Assembly: GCF_006345805.1 (NCBI RefSeq)
Contig: NC_043007.1
Coordinates: forward strand, 71,920,001-71,984,000
Length of the DNA: 64,000 nucleotides
Direction: 5' to 3'
DNA from: Octopus sinensis
Taxonomy: Eukaryota
Below, in pieces: positions 39,505 to 53,041 of the stretch. Under the pieces are notes generated by a model. That model made no database searches. It saw only the letters and a program-made list of their open reading frames with translations, and was not told the origin of the DNA. Every line of letters starts with the position of its first letter. The stretch's first letter is position 1. A program made the position numbers and the translations under genes.

Positions 39505-39773
39505 AAGGAGCAAAGTACCAGGACCTAGTTATAGAGGCAATGGAAAGTGCAGGTAAAAGGTACCTCTGTAGTTATTGGTGCATTAGGAACTATTCCTAAA
39601 GATTTGAACAGATGGAGAGAAGAAATAGGCATAAAACCTAATTTAGTGCAGCTCCAGAAAACAGTATTATTAGGAACAGCTAGGATTCTTAGGAAGGTTC
39701 TTAGCATCTACGGCTACTTGTAGTGGCATATTAGGACTTTTTCCAGACAGTCTAACCTGTTGTGCGTATAAGA

Positions 39774-39815
<42 letters not shown>

Positions 39816-39830
39816 TAATAATAATAATAA
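39505..39830 (+). mobile_element. R4/Dong-like 3' end
   Basis: KYQDL..VVIGALGTIPKDLNRWREEIGIKPNLVQLQKTVLLGTARILRKVLSI, short 3' UTR, then (AAT)n. Confidence 0.75.
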
Positions 39831-39831
39831 T

Positions 39832-40217
39832 GGATGGAAGCACTCCATCGGTTACGACGACGAGGGTTCCGGTTGATCCGAATCAACGGAACAGCCTGCT
39901 CGTGAAATTAACGTGTAAGTGGCTGAGCACTCCACAGACACGTGTACCCTTAACGTAGTTCTCGGGGATATTCAGCGTGACACAGAGAGTGACAAGGCCG
40001 GCCCTTTGAAATACAGGTACAACAGAAACAGGAAGTAAGAGTGAGAGAAAGTTGTGGTGAAAGAGTACAGCAGAGATCACCACCATCCCCTGTCGGAGCC
40101 GCGTGGAGCTTTAGGTGTTTTCGCTCAATAAACACTCACAACACCCGGTCTGGGAATCGAAACCGCGATCCTATGACCGTGAGTCCGCTGCCCTAACCAC
40201 TGGGCCATTGCGCCTCC
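39832..40217 (-). mobile_element. SINE family C (tRNA-derived), full length
   Basis: Head GGAGGCGCAATGGCCCAGTGGTTAGGGCAGCGGAC..GGTTTCGATTCCC; flanked by (AAT)n. Other copies at 38764-39113 (-), 43043-43410 (+), and a degenerate one at ~32113-32411 (-). Confidence 0.85.
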
Positions 40218-40219
40218 AC

Positions 40220-40268
<49 letters not shown>

Positions 40269-40269
<1 letters not shown>

Positions 40270-40437
40270 GAGTAATTGTCATCCCAGTAGTTGTGGCATT
40301 AGATGCATTAACAACCAGGTTTGAGAAATTGGGGTTAGGCGAGTAGAAGATGCTCAGAAAACTACTTTATTGGGCACAGCGAGGATTTTGAGATTTGTAC
40401 TTGGATGTGAAGTATCGTGGAAAAAGACTCTGTGAGA
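40269..40437 (+). mobile_element. Short R4/Dong-like 3' fragment
   Basis: VIVIPVVV...QKTTLLGTARILRFVLG, starting directly at an (AAT)n tract. Confidence 0.6.
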
Positions 40438-40893
40438 CCCTTTCTACTATAGGCACAAGTCCTGAATTTAGGGGAGGAGGACAGTCAATTACATCGACCC
40501 CAGTGCTCAACTAGTACTTATTTTATCGACTCCCAAAAGATGAAAAGCAAAGTCGGTCGCGGCGGAATTTGAACTGAGATCGTTAAGACGGACAAAATGC
40601 CGCGAAGCATTTTGCCCGGTGTGCTAACGATTCTTCCAACTCGCCGCTTTTTACTATGAAGAAATGTTGAAATACAGCAAATGTAAGCAGGTGAAGGAAA
40701 GACGCTTTAATAAGTGGAGCACGATAATTCAACCTTGGCACAGACCGCAACAGTTTATGGTACCAAGCATAATTCATCACCCAGATAAACATTCTGGGTC
40801 GCTGGGAGGGTTACGTGACTCAGCGAGGTTTTTGAATAACAACAAAATATATAAACAAATGGAAAGTCTAGCGAGCGTAAAATGTATCTCTCT

Positions 40894-40974
<81 letters not shown>

Positions 40975-41127
40975 GCATACATACATGTTTTAGGGCGTAT
41001 ATATATTACATATAAAATAAAAGCAGCTCTAGTGTAATAAATATTATTAAATACATACACTAATGTATATGCTTTGGTGTATTTTCCGGTGGCTGCAACG
41101 GCGTAGCGGGGTATATAAACTCTCATG

Positions 41128-41173
<46 letters not shown>

Positions 41174-42105
41174 ATATAATAAATTAATAAATAAAACATA
41201 TGCATATATACATACATATATGTACGTACCTACCTCTACATGTATATATACACGCATATATGGGTACAGGACACCAAAAAAAAAAAACGTCGAACACAAT
41301 GAGAAACGAAAACATAAACACAAAACCAAGAACTGGACATTTTTCTTAAACAACGAAAAAATAGAGTACAGGGCAAATAACACAAGGAAAATTCCCCTTC
41401 TTCAGTCGCCATGGTTTCATCTACTCTGCGTTTCGAAGGTGAAGGCGATACGCATCTTCGATAGAAACTTTCCATATATATATATATATATATATATATC
41501 GACAAGACTACGGACTTAGGTTAGATAGGATGGTACTAACATACTTATTGCGGAGAGTCAACGAATTTCAATAACGAAAAATTCCATCCGTGGTTTGGGA
41601 AAAAAATATCGATAGTGCTATGATTAATTCTAATGTAAATTAAAAATAATTAACTTAAAAAAGAAAATAAGCATCCGTTGGCATAAAGATGAAAACTCTG
41701 GATATGTTTCGGTGTTATTATATTTTGTTAGCGATTCATAGACTAACCAATACTACCAGATTAAAGATAACGGATAGCTAAATTATAACTATAGTATATT
41801 TTTGTTTCAAATTCTTTGTGACAGATTTGGAATCGGTACTATAACAGTGCGTCAGATAAATGATGTCTGAGAAAGAGATCATTATTTAAAAGCAATAATA
41901 AAATAGAAGGACTAAACGGAACAGGAGGAGACACGTGAGGTCGAGAGTTGCTGAAGAGTCCCAGGATGTGCGACGAAAGATTTCCAGACAATGGACATAA
42001 AATAAGAATAACAATAAACAAGTGAAGAACGAATATATAGCGCGTATGCCTATTTGGCATGAAAAAAAATGACCATCTCGTAATATAACACTTATAAAAT
42101 ATATA

Positions 42106-42267
42106 AGCGTAGGAGTGGCTGTGTGATAAGTAGCTTGCTTACGAACCACATGGTTCCGGATTCAGTCCCACTGCGTAGCACCTTGAGCAAGTGTCTTCTA
42201 CTATAGCTTCGGACCGACCAAAGCCTTGTGAGTGGATTTGGTAGACGGAAACTGAAAGAAGCCCGTC

Positions 42268-42301
<34 letters not shown>

Positions 42302-42503
42302 TTGTGCATATGTGTGTGTGTGTTTGTGCATCGCTTGACAACCGATGCTGGGGTGCTTACGTCCCCGTAATCTAGTGGTTCGCCAAAAGAGAACGATAGA
42401 ATAAGTACTAGGCTTACAAAGAATAAGTACTGGGGTCGATTTGCTCGACTAAAAGCGGTGCTCCAGCATGGCCGCAATCAAATGACTGAAACAAGTAAAA
42501 GAG
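42106..42503 (+). mobile_element. SINE family A
   Basis: Near full-length copy. Confidence 0.85.
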
Positions 42504-42874
42504 CAAACTGCCGGAAATGAGTTCTCTTAAATACTAAATGTCACGGAGAAGTATAAAATGAATCAATAAATATCCACATTACTAATTTAGAAAGCTTAAT
42601 GAAGTTTATCTTTTCTCTTTTATATTTTTTAAAACTTATTTCAGTCATTAGACGGCAGCCATGCTGGAGCACCGCCTTGAATAATTTTTAGTCCAACGAA
42701 TCAACTCCAGTACTTTTTTTCTTTTTTTAAGCCTGGTACTTGTTCTTTCGGTTTCTTTTGCCGAACCGCTAAGTCATGGAGATGTCAACACACCCACACT
42801 AGTTGTCAAGCTGCGGTGGGTTCAAACGCGCACACACACGCACGCACACACATGCGCGCACACACACACACGCG

Positions 42875-42917
<43 letters not shown>

Positions 42918-43444
42918 CTTAGAGTCGCAGGGAGCCAAATCAAACTGTTTTAAATAATATATAATACAATGTAAAGTAATATAATATAATATAACGTAAT
43001 ATAAATATAATATGATGTATGTATGCATGTATGTATATATGTGGAGGCACAATGGCCCAGTGATTAGGACGGTCATAGGATCGCAGTTTCGATTCCCAAA
43101 CCGGGCGTTGTGAGTGTTTATTGAGCGAAAACACCTAAAGCTCCACGAATCTCCGGCATGGGGTGGTGGCGAACCCTGCTGTGTTCTTTCACCACAACTT
43201 TTTCTCACTCTTTCTTCCTGTTTCTGTTGTACCTGTATTTCAAAGGGCCAGCCTTGTCACACTCTGTGTCACGCTGAATCTCCCCGAGAACTACGTTAAA
43301 GGTACACGTGTCTGTGGAGTTCTCAGCCACTTGCACGTTTACATCAGGAGCAGGCTGTTCCGTTGATCGGATCAAGTGGAACCCTGATCGTCGTAACCGA
43401 CGGAGTGCCACGATGTATGTATATATATATGTATGTATGTATGT

Positions 43445-44119
43445 GTCAGGTCACTTATGAGGTGTTTCATGCGTGCTGCTGATATATGGAATCCAGTACA
43501 ACCTGTTGCACAGTCGGGTCGTCGGTGACTAACCCGGTACCGCCATTAGCTTCCCTGCGACCTGTCAAAAGGAGGGGGTGAACGTAGTGTAGGTTCAGCA
43601 ACTGTCTAGTAATAGTACGGACCCTCAGAAATTCCGGGTTGGTGTCCAGCGTGCTGGAAGACCAATGGGAGTGAGGTACCCCTTAGTTTTTGTTAAAGCA
43701 TGTTTCTAGGAGAAGGTCACTCAGACATAAAACAAGATGTGCATGAAATGGCAGTGGACATTTTGGGGATCTTTTGCTTGCGCTTCAGATCATGACAATC
43801 TCATATTTCTGAGCCTGTGGACCATAGTAGCACTGGATATTTTGCCTTGGCTCTCTGGATCCTGTTAATAGGGTGGAGAGGGTCTGTGAGATGCTGTACA
43901 AGCCTGATTAGTCCTAAAATTTGAGACTGCACAATCGCCGGCGATGCGACTATCCGATGCCCGATCGAGCAAGGAGGGCACCGCGGCGGGTATGGAAGCC
44001 GCAGACGGGAACCCCGGGTGAAGCCAACTGCTGGTCTAATGACGTCATGTACGGGAATTGTTGGCATTTTGCATGGGTAATGGGTCAATGACGATCTTTC
44101 TCGGTCACGAGTGGACAGC

Positions 44120-44151
<32 letters not shown>
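43445..44151 (+). mobile_element. GC-rich non-autonomous RTE-like retroelement
   Basis: GC-rich island with an RTE 5'UTR-like CTAGGAGAAGG motif; ends GACAGCC(ATC)n, like the RTE 3' end at ~7480; no intact ORF. Confidence 0.35.
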
Positions 44152-44152
<1 letters not shown>

Positions 44153-44189
44153 GTATGCTTATATGGACACACACACACGCACGCACGCA

Positions 44190-44242
<53 letters not shown>

Positions 44243-44949
44243 ATACACAATTCCATGTTGAGCACTTCTTTTTCCTGGTTGTTCTCTGCCCCAGGGTTGT
44301 TCTCTGTCTCGAAAGATAATATTATTCTGGATACATATCACTACGCTCACTTCGGTACATTTATCGATCCCAGTCAATCCAGATAATTTTTTTTACATCC
44401 TCGCCCACATGACCGACGGCTATATATTCAGTAATCTCAAAGAATGCTTTACCGCCATTAACTGATGAATTGAAAGGTTATTGAGATAAATGTCGGCTAC
44501 AAAAGAGACTGTGTACTTGTGATACAGATACTCATATCAGTGATCGGTTCTTCTTGTTTCATTCCTTCAGTCTAAACTTCTATCGTAAACCTGAGGAATT
44601 ATAATTATTTGTTAAACACTTTCTCAAAGTTACATTTCGTTTAAACAAGTTGCCACGCACGCATGCACAAGCGTGCGCACGAGAGAAAGAGAGACAGAGG
44701 GAGAGGATGAGAGGAGAGAGGGAGGGAGAGAGAGAGAGAGAGAAAGAGAGGGAGTACGTATTTGTGCGCAGCTCAAATTTCTCAAAATACTCGACTCGGG
44801 AAGATGACAAAATAATAAAATATGAAATAAAACACAACAAAAGAATATCATTTATTGTTGCCTGAGAGGCTCGAGTGAAAATCTTTGAGAATCGAGAGAT
44901 TTAATCACCACACACGCATATACACACCCATATATATATACACACACAT

Positions 44950-45242
44950 ATCACCGTAACCTTCTGCTATAGCTACACATCGCTGGTCACAATACGCTTC
45001 GCATTGTTTTAGCTTTGAAATGACGCCACCTCGCTGGCTAAGCGAGCAGGCCAACAGAAGAAAAAATGTGAGAAAGTTGTGGCGAAAGAGTACAGCAGGG
45101 ATCGCCACCACCCCCTGTCGGAGCCTCGTGGAGCTTTAGGTGTTTTCGCTCAATAAACACTCACAACGCCCGGTCTGGGAATCGAAACCGCGATCCTACG
45201 ACCACGAGTCCGCTGCCCTAACCACTGGGCCATTGCACCTCC
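44950..45242 (-). mobile_element. SINE family C with an alternative 3' tail
   Basis: Same head and body as 39832-40217 but a different tail, which also occurs alone at 8985-9103 (+). Confidence 0.8.
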
Positions 45243-45342
45243 ACATATATTTAATATGCACACATATACATATATATATATACATATGAACACACATACA
45301 CAAACACACAGAAAGACAGACAGACAGACACACACACACACA

Positions 45343-45918
45343 CACCGTGTTTCCCCGGAAATAAGACTTAGTCAAAAATGCATCAGCTTGTTAGCAAGAA
45401 CATGTGATGTTTGCAAAACAAACCAACTACCGCAGCTTGGCTAAAGTCTGCGCTGAGCGCATGCACGGAGTTGACTCTCTTTGCTTCTTGACTGCCTTGT
45501 CCCCCAGGCAAGATGAGTGCGAAATGAAAGAGTTATTCCGTGGAGTACAAGAAAGGAATTGTGGAAGAGCCACATAACAAGAATCTTACGGCTTTTTTGT
45601 AAGGAGAAGATGCTGGATGCCCTGAATGGTTCGAAAATGGCAAGCAGACTACGTTAATCTCAGCAAACAGGTGAATGAGGGAATTGCTAAGAAGCGCAAG
45701 TGTGGATCAGGTCGACAACCGATATTTTCGGAGCTAGAAGATATTCCTTCGGGATGGATTGCTGACAGAAAAATAAAGGCTTTGGTTGTACGCAGGGCCG
45801 ATATTTAATGAATTTGTTCTTGCAATGGCACCACAGATAGATATACCCCCAGAGATATTCAAAGCATTACCGCATTGGTTGGATAACTTCCTTCGGCGAT
45901 ATGAGCTCTCTCTAAGAT
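45343..45918 (+). mobile_element. pogo/Tigger-like DNA transposon 5' fragment
   Basis: Terminus CACCGTGTTTCCCCGGAAATAAGAC; decayed KSYSVEYKKGIV, VRKW, GRQPIFSELED..W, FKA..HWLDNFLRRYELSLR (HTH plus CENP-B-type HTH). Confidence 0.7.
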
Positions 45919-45977
45919 CTTTTCTACTCTAGGCATAAGGCCAGAAATTTTTGGGTGTATGTATTTGTGTTAGTGTA

Positions 45978-46391
45978 TACTCTTTTACTCTTTTACTTGT
46001 TTCAGTCATTTGACTGCGGCCATGCTGGAGCACTGCCTTTAGTCGAGCAAATCGACCCCGGGACTTATTCTTTGTAAGCCCAGTACTTATTCTATCGGTC
46101 TCTTTTGCCGAACCGCTAAGTGACGGGGACGTAAACACACCAGCATCGGTTGTCAAGCAATGCTAGGGGGACAAACACAGACACACAAACATATACACAC
46201 ACTTATATATATATATATACATATATACGACAGGCTTCTTTCAGTTTCCTTCTACCAAATCCACTCACAAGGCATTGGTCGGCCCGGGACTATAGCAGAA
46301 GACACTTGCCCAAGATGCCACGCAGTGGGACTGAACCCGGAACCATGTGGTTGGTTAGCAAGCTACTTACCACACAGCCACTCCTACGCCT
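45978..46391 (-). mobile_element. SINE family A
   Basis: Full-length copy. Confidence 0.9.
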
Positions 46392-47910
46392 ATGTAAACA
46401 CACGCACGAATATTTTCGCACTTATACATATAAAGTGATCGATATCCGAATACAGTAATGTATCAGAACACTAAAAACAAATCTCCCCAAACGATATTCT
46501 ACGTTGAACATCTGTCTTCCATACCACAGTGAATATGTGCCAAGCACGTTGTTACATCTGCAGTCATATGAGAGGAAATAAAGAGGGAAAAAACATCTGT
46601 CCACCATAACTCTAACATTACTTCAATATGATACTCTGAAGATATTATGTAAATAAACATAATTTATATTCCATGTCTATTAATTCTGTATATATCGTTT
46701 GTCTTTACAGAACACCTTGAGTTGAGTAAGATATCCACTTCGTGGTAGATGTGTGAGTATATGATTAGTTTATCATGGGATAAGATTGTAGCACGCCAGC
46801 TTGAACAAACATCCAGTCAGATTCAGAAACAAGCCAGGTTAGCCGAGATGATTGTACAGCTATATATAGTACAGATGCAGCTACTTGTTAGCTCATAGCC
46901 GGTTTTATTACAGCACACGAACTAAAAATTAAATGCAACTCGAGTTAATTGTACAATAATTTCGCAGTTTACATCTGTAGGTCGTACATAGTCTTGACAC
47001 CTATTTATAACGAAGTATACTATATCAAGTGTTTTGTTTTTTGTTTTTGTTTTTGATCATGAATGGAATCCGTGATGGAATAGAAACAATGTGGCTTTCC
47101 AGTCACATCAGTAAAAATGTTCTCACCTCAGTCACCTCGGAAGTCATAAAAACGTTACTAACCAATTACTTTTATTGGTTTCAAATTTTGGCACAAGGCT
47201 AGCAAGATCGGGAGAGTGGGTTAGTCGATTACATCGACTCCATTGTTCAACTGGTACTCATTTTATCGACTTCGAAAGGATGATAAGGCAAAGTGGACCT
47301 CGACGGCATTTGAACTCAGAAGTAAAGTCGGACGAAATGCCGCAAAGCATTTTGTCCGGCATGTTAACGATTCTTCTAGCGCGCCGTCTTGAACGATTAC
47401 TTTTGTTGCTGAGTAGTTTTGTTAGGCGGTCTTCTTAAGGATCACTCGAAAACCTATTTTCCTAAGCTACGTACCAACAGCCATTTATTTATCCACTTTG
47501 TTTCGCATAAGTCTCCTGGAAACCCTCACTTTTGAGGCTGAAAATATTTTGCTTCTCCGGGAAACTTCCTATCAGAACGTTTCCTTCTCTCCCAGACTTA
47601 TGTTCCATTAACACCGAACTACCTCAACGTTTGGTTCTGTCATCCATACGCTTTCCTCTCTACAAAAAGAGCCCACTGACTATTGTTCCTAACCACAACG
47701 TACCAATTACAATAGATAGGCTAGCATAATTAACTGCCCTTATTTTAATTAGAAAATGTCAACTGTTAAAGTTTTGATCATATAAATGTAAACAAGTGTG
47801 TAATTAAAAAATATAAGTATATTGTGACCGACAAACCATAAAATAAAAGGTTATATTTTTAAGTGATTGACCAAATGGTAAAGAAAGGTTCTACAAGGGA
47901 TACACTATTA

Positions 47911-47975
<65 letters not shown>

Positions 47976-48559
47976 GTACCAAAAGTATCGCATGCAATGG
48001 ATTCGTGTTTTCACGGAACCCACCACTACTCCAAATAATTGTTTACTGAACGGCTATATCACCTGCAACTTTTATGTACTACAAAACGTTTAAGGTTAAT
48101 TACCGAAATGCTTCCGAGACTCACTTCACTTTAAATAAATGGTCCTAGATTCTGGGAAAGCAGAGGGGCTAAGAACGTCTTGTATTTTAAATCCAAATAC
48201 GATAATACGTACTGGGACATGGAACGCCCGTTCATTGCGGCAGGATGATAGATTGGCGCAAATTAAGATGGTGGGATAATCCAAAATTGGTATGTTGGCT
48301 GTGAGTGGAAGTAGACTTGGAGATTATCATGATAGAAGGTAATACCTTTTTTTTTTTAATCTCTGGAAGGGAAGATGATACCGAGGAAGGCGTGAAGGGG
48401 CAGTTTTATTATGAATATAAATATATAAAGGTTTTGAGTGTATTATCAAAATGGAAACATTAATCTAACGGCAGAATGTGTTTAGTGAAATTTAAAGCTG
48501 AGTAATAAGACACTAGCATTTGTGCTTCTTACGAATCTATAAATAACTAAATATAATAT

Positions 48560-48895
48560 AGGCGCATGTGTGGTTGTGTGGTAAGAAGCTTGCTTCCCAA
48601 TCACTTAGTTCCACGTTCAGTCCCACTGCGTGGCACCTTGGGCAAGTGTCTTCTACTATGGCGTCGGGCTATATATAAGTATGTGTGTGTCTTTCCGTCT
48701 GTGTTTGTCCTCCCCCACCATTTGTGGTTGTGTGTCTATGCCCCGTAACTAAGCGGTTCGACAAAATATCGATAGAATAAGTACCAGACTTTAAAAAATA
48801 CTGGGATCGATTCATTCAAGTAAAAGTTCTTCAAGGCAGTGCCCCAGTATGACCGCAGTCTAATAACTGAAACAAGTAAAAAAATAAAAGATAAG
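48560..48895 (+). mobile_element. SINE family A, older and internally deleted
   Basis: Head and tail match the family. Confidence 0.75.
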
Positions 48896-49364
48896 ATTGA
48901 TTCTGAATTAAGGAGAAAGCCTGAAATTTGGAAAGAAGGCTTAATTGATTACATTGACCTTAGTAATTGACTAGTATTTTATTATATCGACCCCAGAAGG
49001 AGGAAAGATGAAGTCGGTGTCGGTGAAATGTAAATTCAGAACGAAAAAAATACCGCAAGATATTTTGTCCGACGCTCTAATGATTCTAAGTGATATGGAG
49101 AAAAATTCTCTCTAGCAATTGTTGTTTGAAGGACTTGATAATCTAACAGAAAGAAATGTAGAAATTATCACTGGTATCTTGATCGTGAAAACTGACAGGA
49201 AATGTTTTGTCGATTTTGATAAATCGTCAACCTAAAACATCGCTGCAAGGTGACAGAACACAGAATGCAGATATTAGAGGCGAATCATTAGTGAAAGAAG
49301 CACAAAAGTGTAGAGAAAATGTAGAAGAATGATGAGATTGTTTGAAAATGCCAAAAGTGTATGA

Positions 49365-49661
49365 GAATGTAGAGAAAATGTTCTAGATTGGAGAGAGAAT
49401 GCTTGAAAATGTAGAGAAAGTGTAGCAGAATGTAGAGAAAATGTTCAAGATTGTAGAGAGAATGCTTGAGAATGTAGAGAAAGTGTAGCAGAATGTAGAG
49501 AAAATAATCTAGATTGTAGAGAGAATGCTTGAGATTGTAGAGAAAGTGTAGCAGAATGTAGAGAAAATGTTCTAGATTGTAGAGAGAATGCTTGAGAATG
49601 TAGAGAAAGTGTAGCAGAATGTAGAAAAAGTTACAGGAATGTAGAAAAGGTGTAGCAGAAT
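49365..49661. repeat. Minisatellite, 63-bp unit made of three 21-bp subunits, ~4.7 copies
   Basis: Units start at 49365, 49428, 49491, 49554 and 49617. Confidence 0.9.
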
Positions 49662-49670
49662 GGAGAGAGA

Positions 49671-49745
<75 letters not shown>

Positions 49746-50824
49746 ATCAAAATGTACAGAGGGTGTAGCAGAATGTAACAAAAGTGTACGAGAATGCAGA
49801 GAAAGGGTAACAGAATGAAACCAAAGTTATTTGAAGAGAAAGATAAAAAGGAGATTTCTGATGAAACGGGGGAAGTTTCAAAAAAGCAAAAACAAATTGT
49901 TGAAAATTGGAGAAGGAATAGCGTAAAGCTTAAAGTAGAAACAGGTAAATATTGGTGTCTTAACAGGTGTTGAAAAAGATATGAAAGAGTTTTGAAAGTG
50001 CACGTTGATAAAACCAATAAATTACTCAAGGCAGTAGTCAGCAGGTATTAGAAAATTTGAGATAAAATTTAATGTTATGTTGGTTAGTTAATAACACCTA
50101 CATCATGGAAAGTATGTGTCTGTGTGTTTATGACTGTGTATGTGTGCTTACATGTATATGTATTTTATATATGTTTGTGCATACATCTTAAATTATTCAC
50201 GTCATAAACGGACAAATAAGTATTAGTTTGTGACTTGTTGAAATAGCACTTGTTATGAAATTCTCTTCGTAAGCGGAAAGGTGAAAAAGGACTTTTGTTT
50301 TCTAAAGAATGGGGTATAAAGCAAAAATGTGTCAGGACAATGTGCTTTTTTTTTTCTCCCTGTTTGTGAACATAATTACAAGATGTAATAACTTCCCACG
50401 ATGCCTGTATATTACAAAACGGTTAAAACTTATCTTCTGCCAAAAGATAAATTCGAACATTCAAAAAGATAATAAAATAAACCCTGGGTTCGATATATTC
50501 GACTAAAAGTATTGGAACAGCATGGCCACAGTCCAAACAGAATCGTATAGTGACCCACTAGAAGAATTAGATTACACGGTCGTAGAGACACGTGTGATGG
50601 TAAAGCCAGTTGTTTAACCCCAGAGCTGACCAGGGGTTAAACAACACTAGCACATCTACCTCCGTTACTTATTCTCCATTAATTTTGAGTCACCCAAAGC
50701 GGAATACTATAACATGGATGAATTAACGAATTCATGATGTCAGGAGCAGATTAAATAGCTAAAGAAATCTATTATGAGTTATCAACATTTTCTTTAGTAG
50801 AACAGAATACATTGTTTTATCTTT

Positions 50825-51227
50825 CAATTGTTTCAGTCATTAGACTGCGGCCATGTTGGAACACTATCTTGAAAAATTTTAGTCAAACCAATCGCCTCCA
50901 GTACATCTTTTCTTTACAAGTCTAGTACTTACTATATCGGTGTCTTTTGCCGATCCGCTAAGTTACAGGGACAGAAATATACCAACACCAGTTTCCAGCG
51001 GTGGTGGTGGACGGATACACGCACAAAGACACACACACACACACACGTGTGCATAACACATATACGACGGATTTCTTTCAGTTTCTGCCTACTAAATCCA
51101 CTCACAATACTTTGGTCCGCCTGAAGCTATAGTAGAAGACACTTATCCAAGGTGCTACACAGCGGAACTGAACCCGGAACTATGTGGTTGGGAAGCAAAC
51201 TTTTTACCACACAGCCACGCCTGCGCC
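50825..51227 (-). mobile_element. SINE family A, older copy
   Basis: Diverged full-length match. Confidence 0.8.
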
Positions 51228-51659
51228 CTTACCGAATATTCATAGAATGTATGTGAAAATAATAATTATTAGTACAGCATTTAAAAAAGCGACGAGCTGG
51301 CACAATTGCACCGCGGGTGATATGCTGTGCGGTATTGCATCCGTCTGAAGGCGGCGAGCTGGCAGAACCGTTAGCACGCCGGGCGAAATGCGTAGCCGTA
51401 TTTCGTCGGTCGTTACGTTCTGAGTTCAAATTCCGCCGAGGTCGACTTTACCTTTCATCCTTTCGGAGTCGATAAAATAAGTACCAGATGAGTACTAGGG
51501 TCGATGTAATCGACTTACTCGTTCCTCCAAAATTGTTGGCCATGTGCTAAAATTCGAAACTAATAATTGCTACGAAATTTTATTCAGTTACATCGATGTC
51601 TTTCTATACTTTAATGAGAAAAAGTTGTCTATATAAAATGTAAGTTTATTTAGATACGA

Positions 51660-52084
51660 CAGATCTTTTCGGTTTGAACGGCAGTTTTTTCTAGCGGTGT
51701 CGTATGAAATTGTCACCCATAATTATGACCCTAGTATCGATCTATTGCATTTCTATCTGTTTTAGGGTTAGGGTTGGGGTTAGGGGTGGGGGAAGGGTAT
51801 CTTTTTTTCTTCACAAATGTAAATAAACCCAATCTGTTTCTTAGACGAGGGTCATATTCATACGGCACAGAATTTTTTTTTACCTCAATAGACATAATTG
51901 ATTGGTTGAAATTGCAGAAATTGAAGGAAAACAACAACAAATATCTTACGAACTATAGAATTTTCTCAACAAATCCAAGAGAAAAAGATGTTTTATAAAC
52001 ACATTTTACCAGTATACGAAGTTTAAAATTTTTTAGTTACCTAGAAATTATGTTAAAAACTGCCGTTCAAACTGAAGAGATCAG
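51660..52084. mobile_element. MITE with 29-bp TIRs and an internal telomere-like G-tract
   Basis: CAGATCTTTTCGGTTTGAACGGCAGTTTT / AAAACTGCCGTTCAAACTGAAGAGATCAG (26/29 match); TTAGGG-like repeats at 51762-51797. Confidence 0.75.
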
Positions 52085-52157
52085 ATATGAGAAGTAGAGT
52101 TAAGTGTCAGACATCGTTAACAGCGATCGTTAAAATACTAAGACTCGGATTATTTCC

Positions 52158-52218
<61 letters not shown>

Positions 52219-52742
52219 TACACACACACACATGCATGCACACGCACACAGAGGCAAACAAACAGACACAAACAGAGCTGAGAGTGCGTTTATGTAAAAA
52301 AAAAAAAAGACTATATAAAAGCGGCTCGGCGTGTTTTTTAACCTAAATTGTTTTCCTGGCAAAGACCAAGTGAGTTACCTCCCTTACATTAGTGTTTAAC
52401 AGCAAACGGGAAAATATTATGTCACGTGACAAGTGACATTTCTTCCACCCAAAGCAAACAAAACAGGAATAGCAGCTGACAATGTAAGAATTACCATTTT
52501 ATCAAAGACATTGCTGAACTCTTTTGTGAAATCTAGTTCTAAACATATTACGTACAGTGCACACGCACGCACGCACGTACGCTAGCACACGCACACACAC
52601 AAACATGCACACACAGAAGAATATAATTTTTTTTTTTGCCGACTATTTTTATGAGATTACGCGATGAATACAAACATACAAAGTTAAATGTAAGTCTACA
52701 GTTTAAAATGTTCACCACACTCACATTCGTACGTATGTACCC

Positions 52743-52744
<2 letters not shown>

Positions 52745-52813
<69 letters not shown>

Positions 52814-53009
52814 CTCTGTCTATCTGTCTGTCTGTTTGTCTGCCTGTCTGTCTGACTATCTGCCTGCCTGCCTGCCTGCCTGTCTGTCTATCTATCTATC
52901 TATTTGTCTGCCTGTCTGTCTATCTATCTGTCTGTCTGCCTGCCTGCCTGTTATCTGTCTGCCTGTCTGTCTGTCTGTCTGTCTGTCTGACTATCTACCT
53001 GCCTGCCTA

Positions 53010-53041
<32 letters not shown>

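Noticed and set aside
41380-41475. Possible type II hammerhead on the minus strand (CCTTC-GAAACGC...CTGAAGA-AGGGG)
   Set aside because: Stem I does not pair and there is no proper UH triplet; at most a decayed Penelope-like end.
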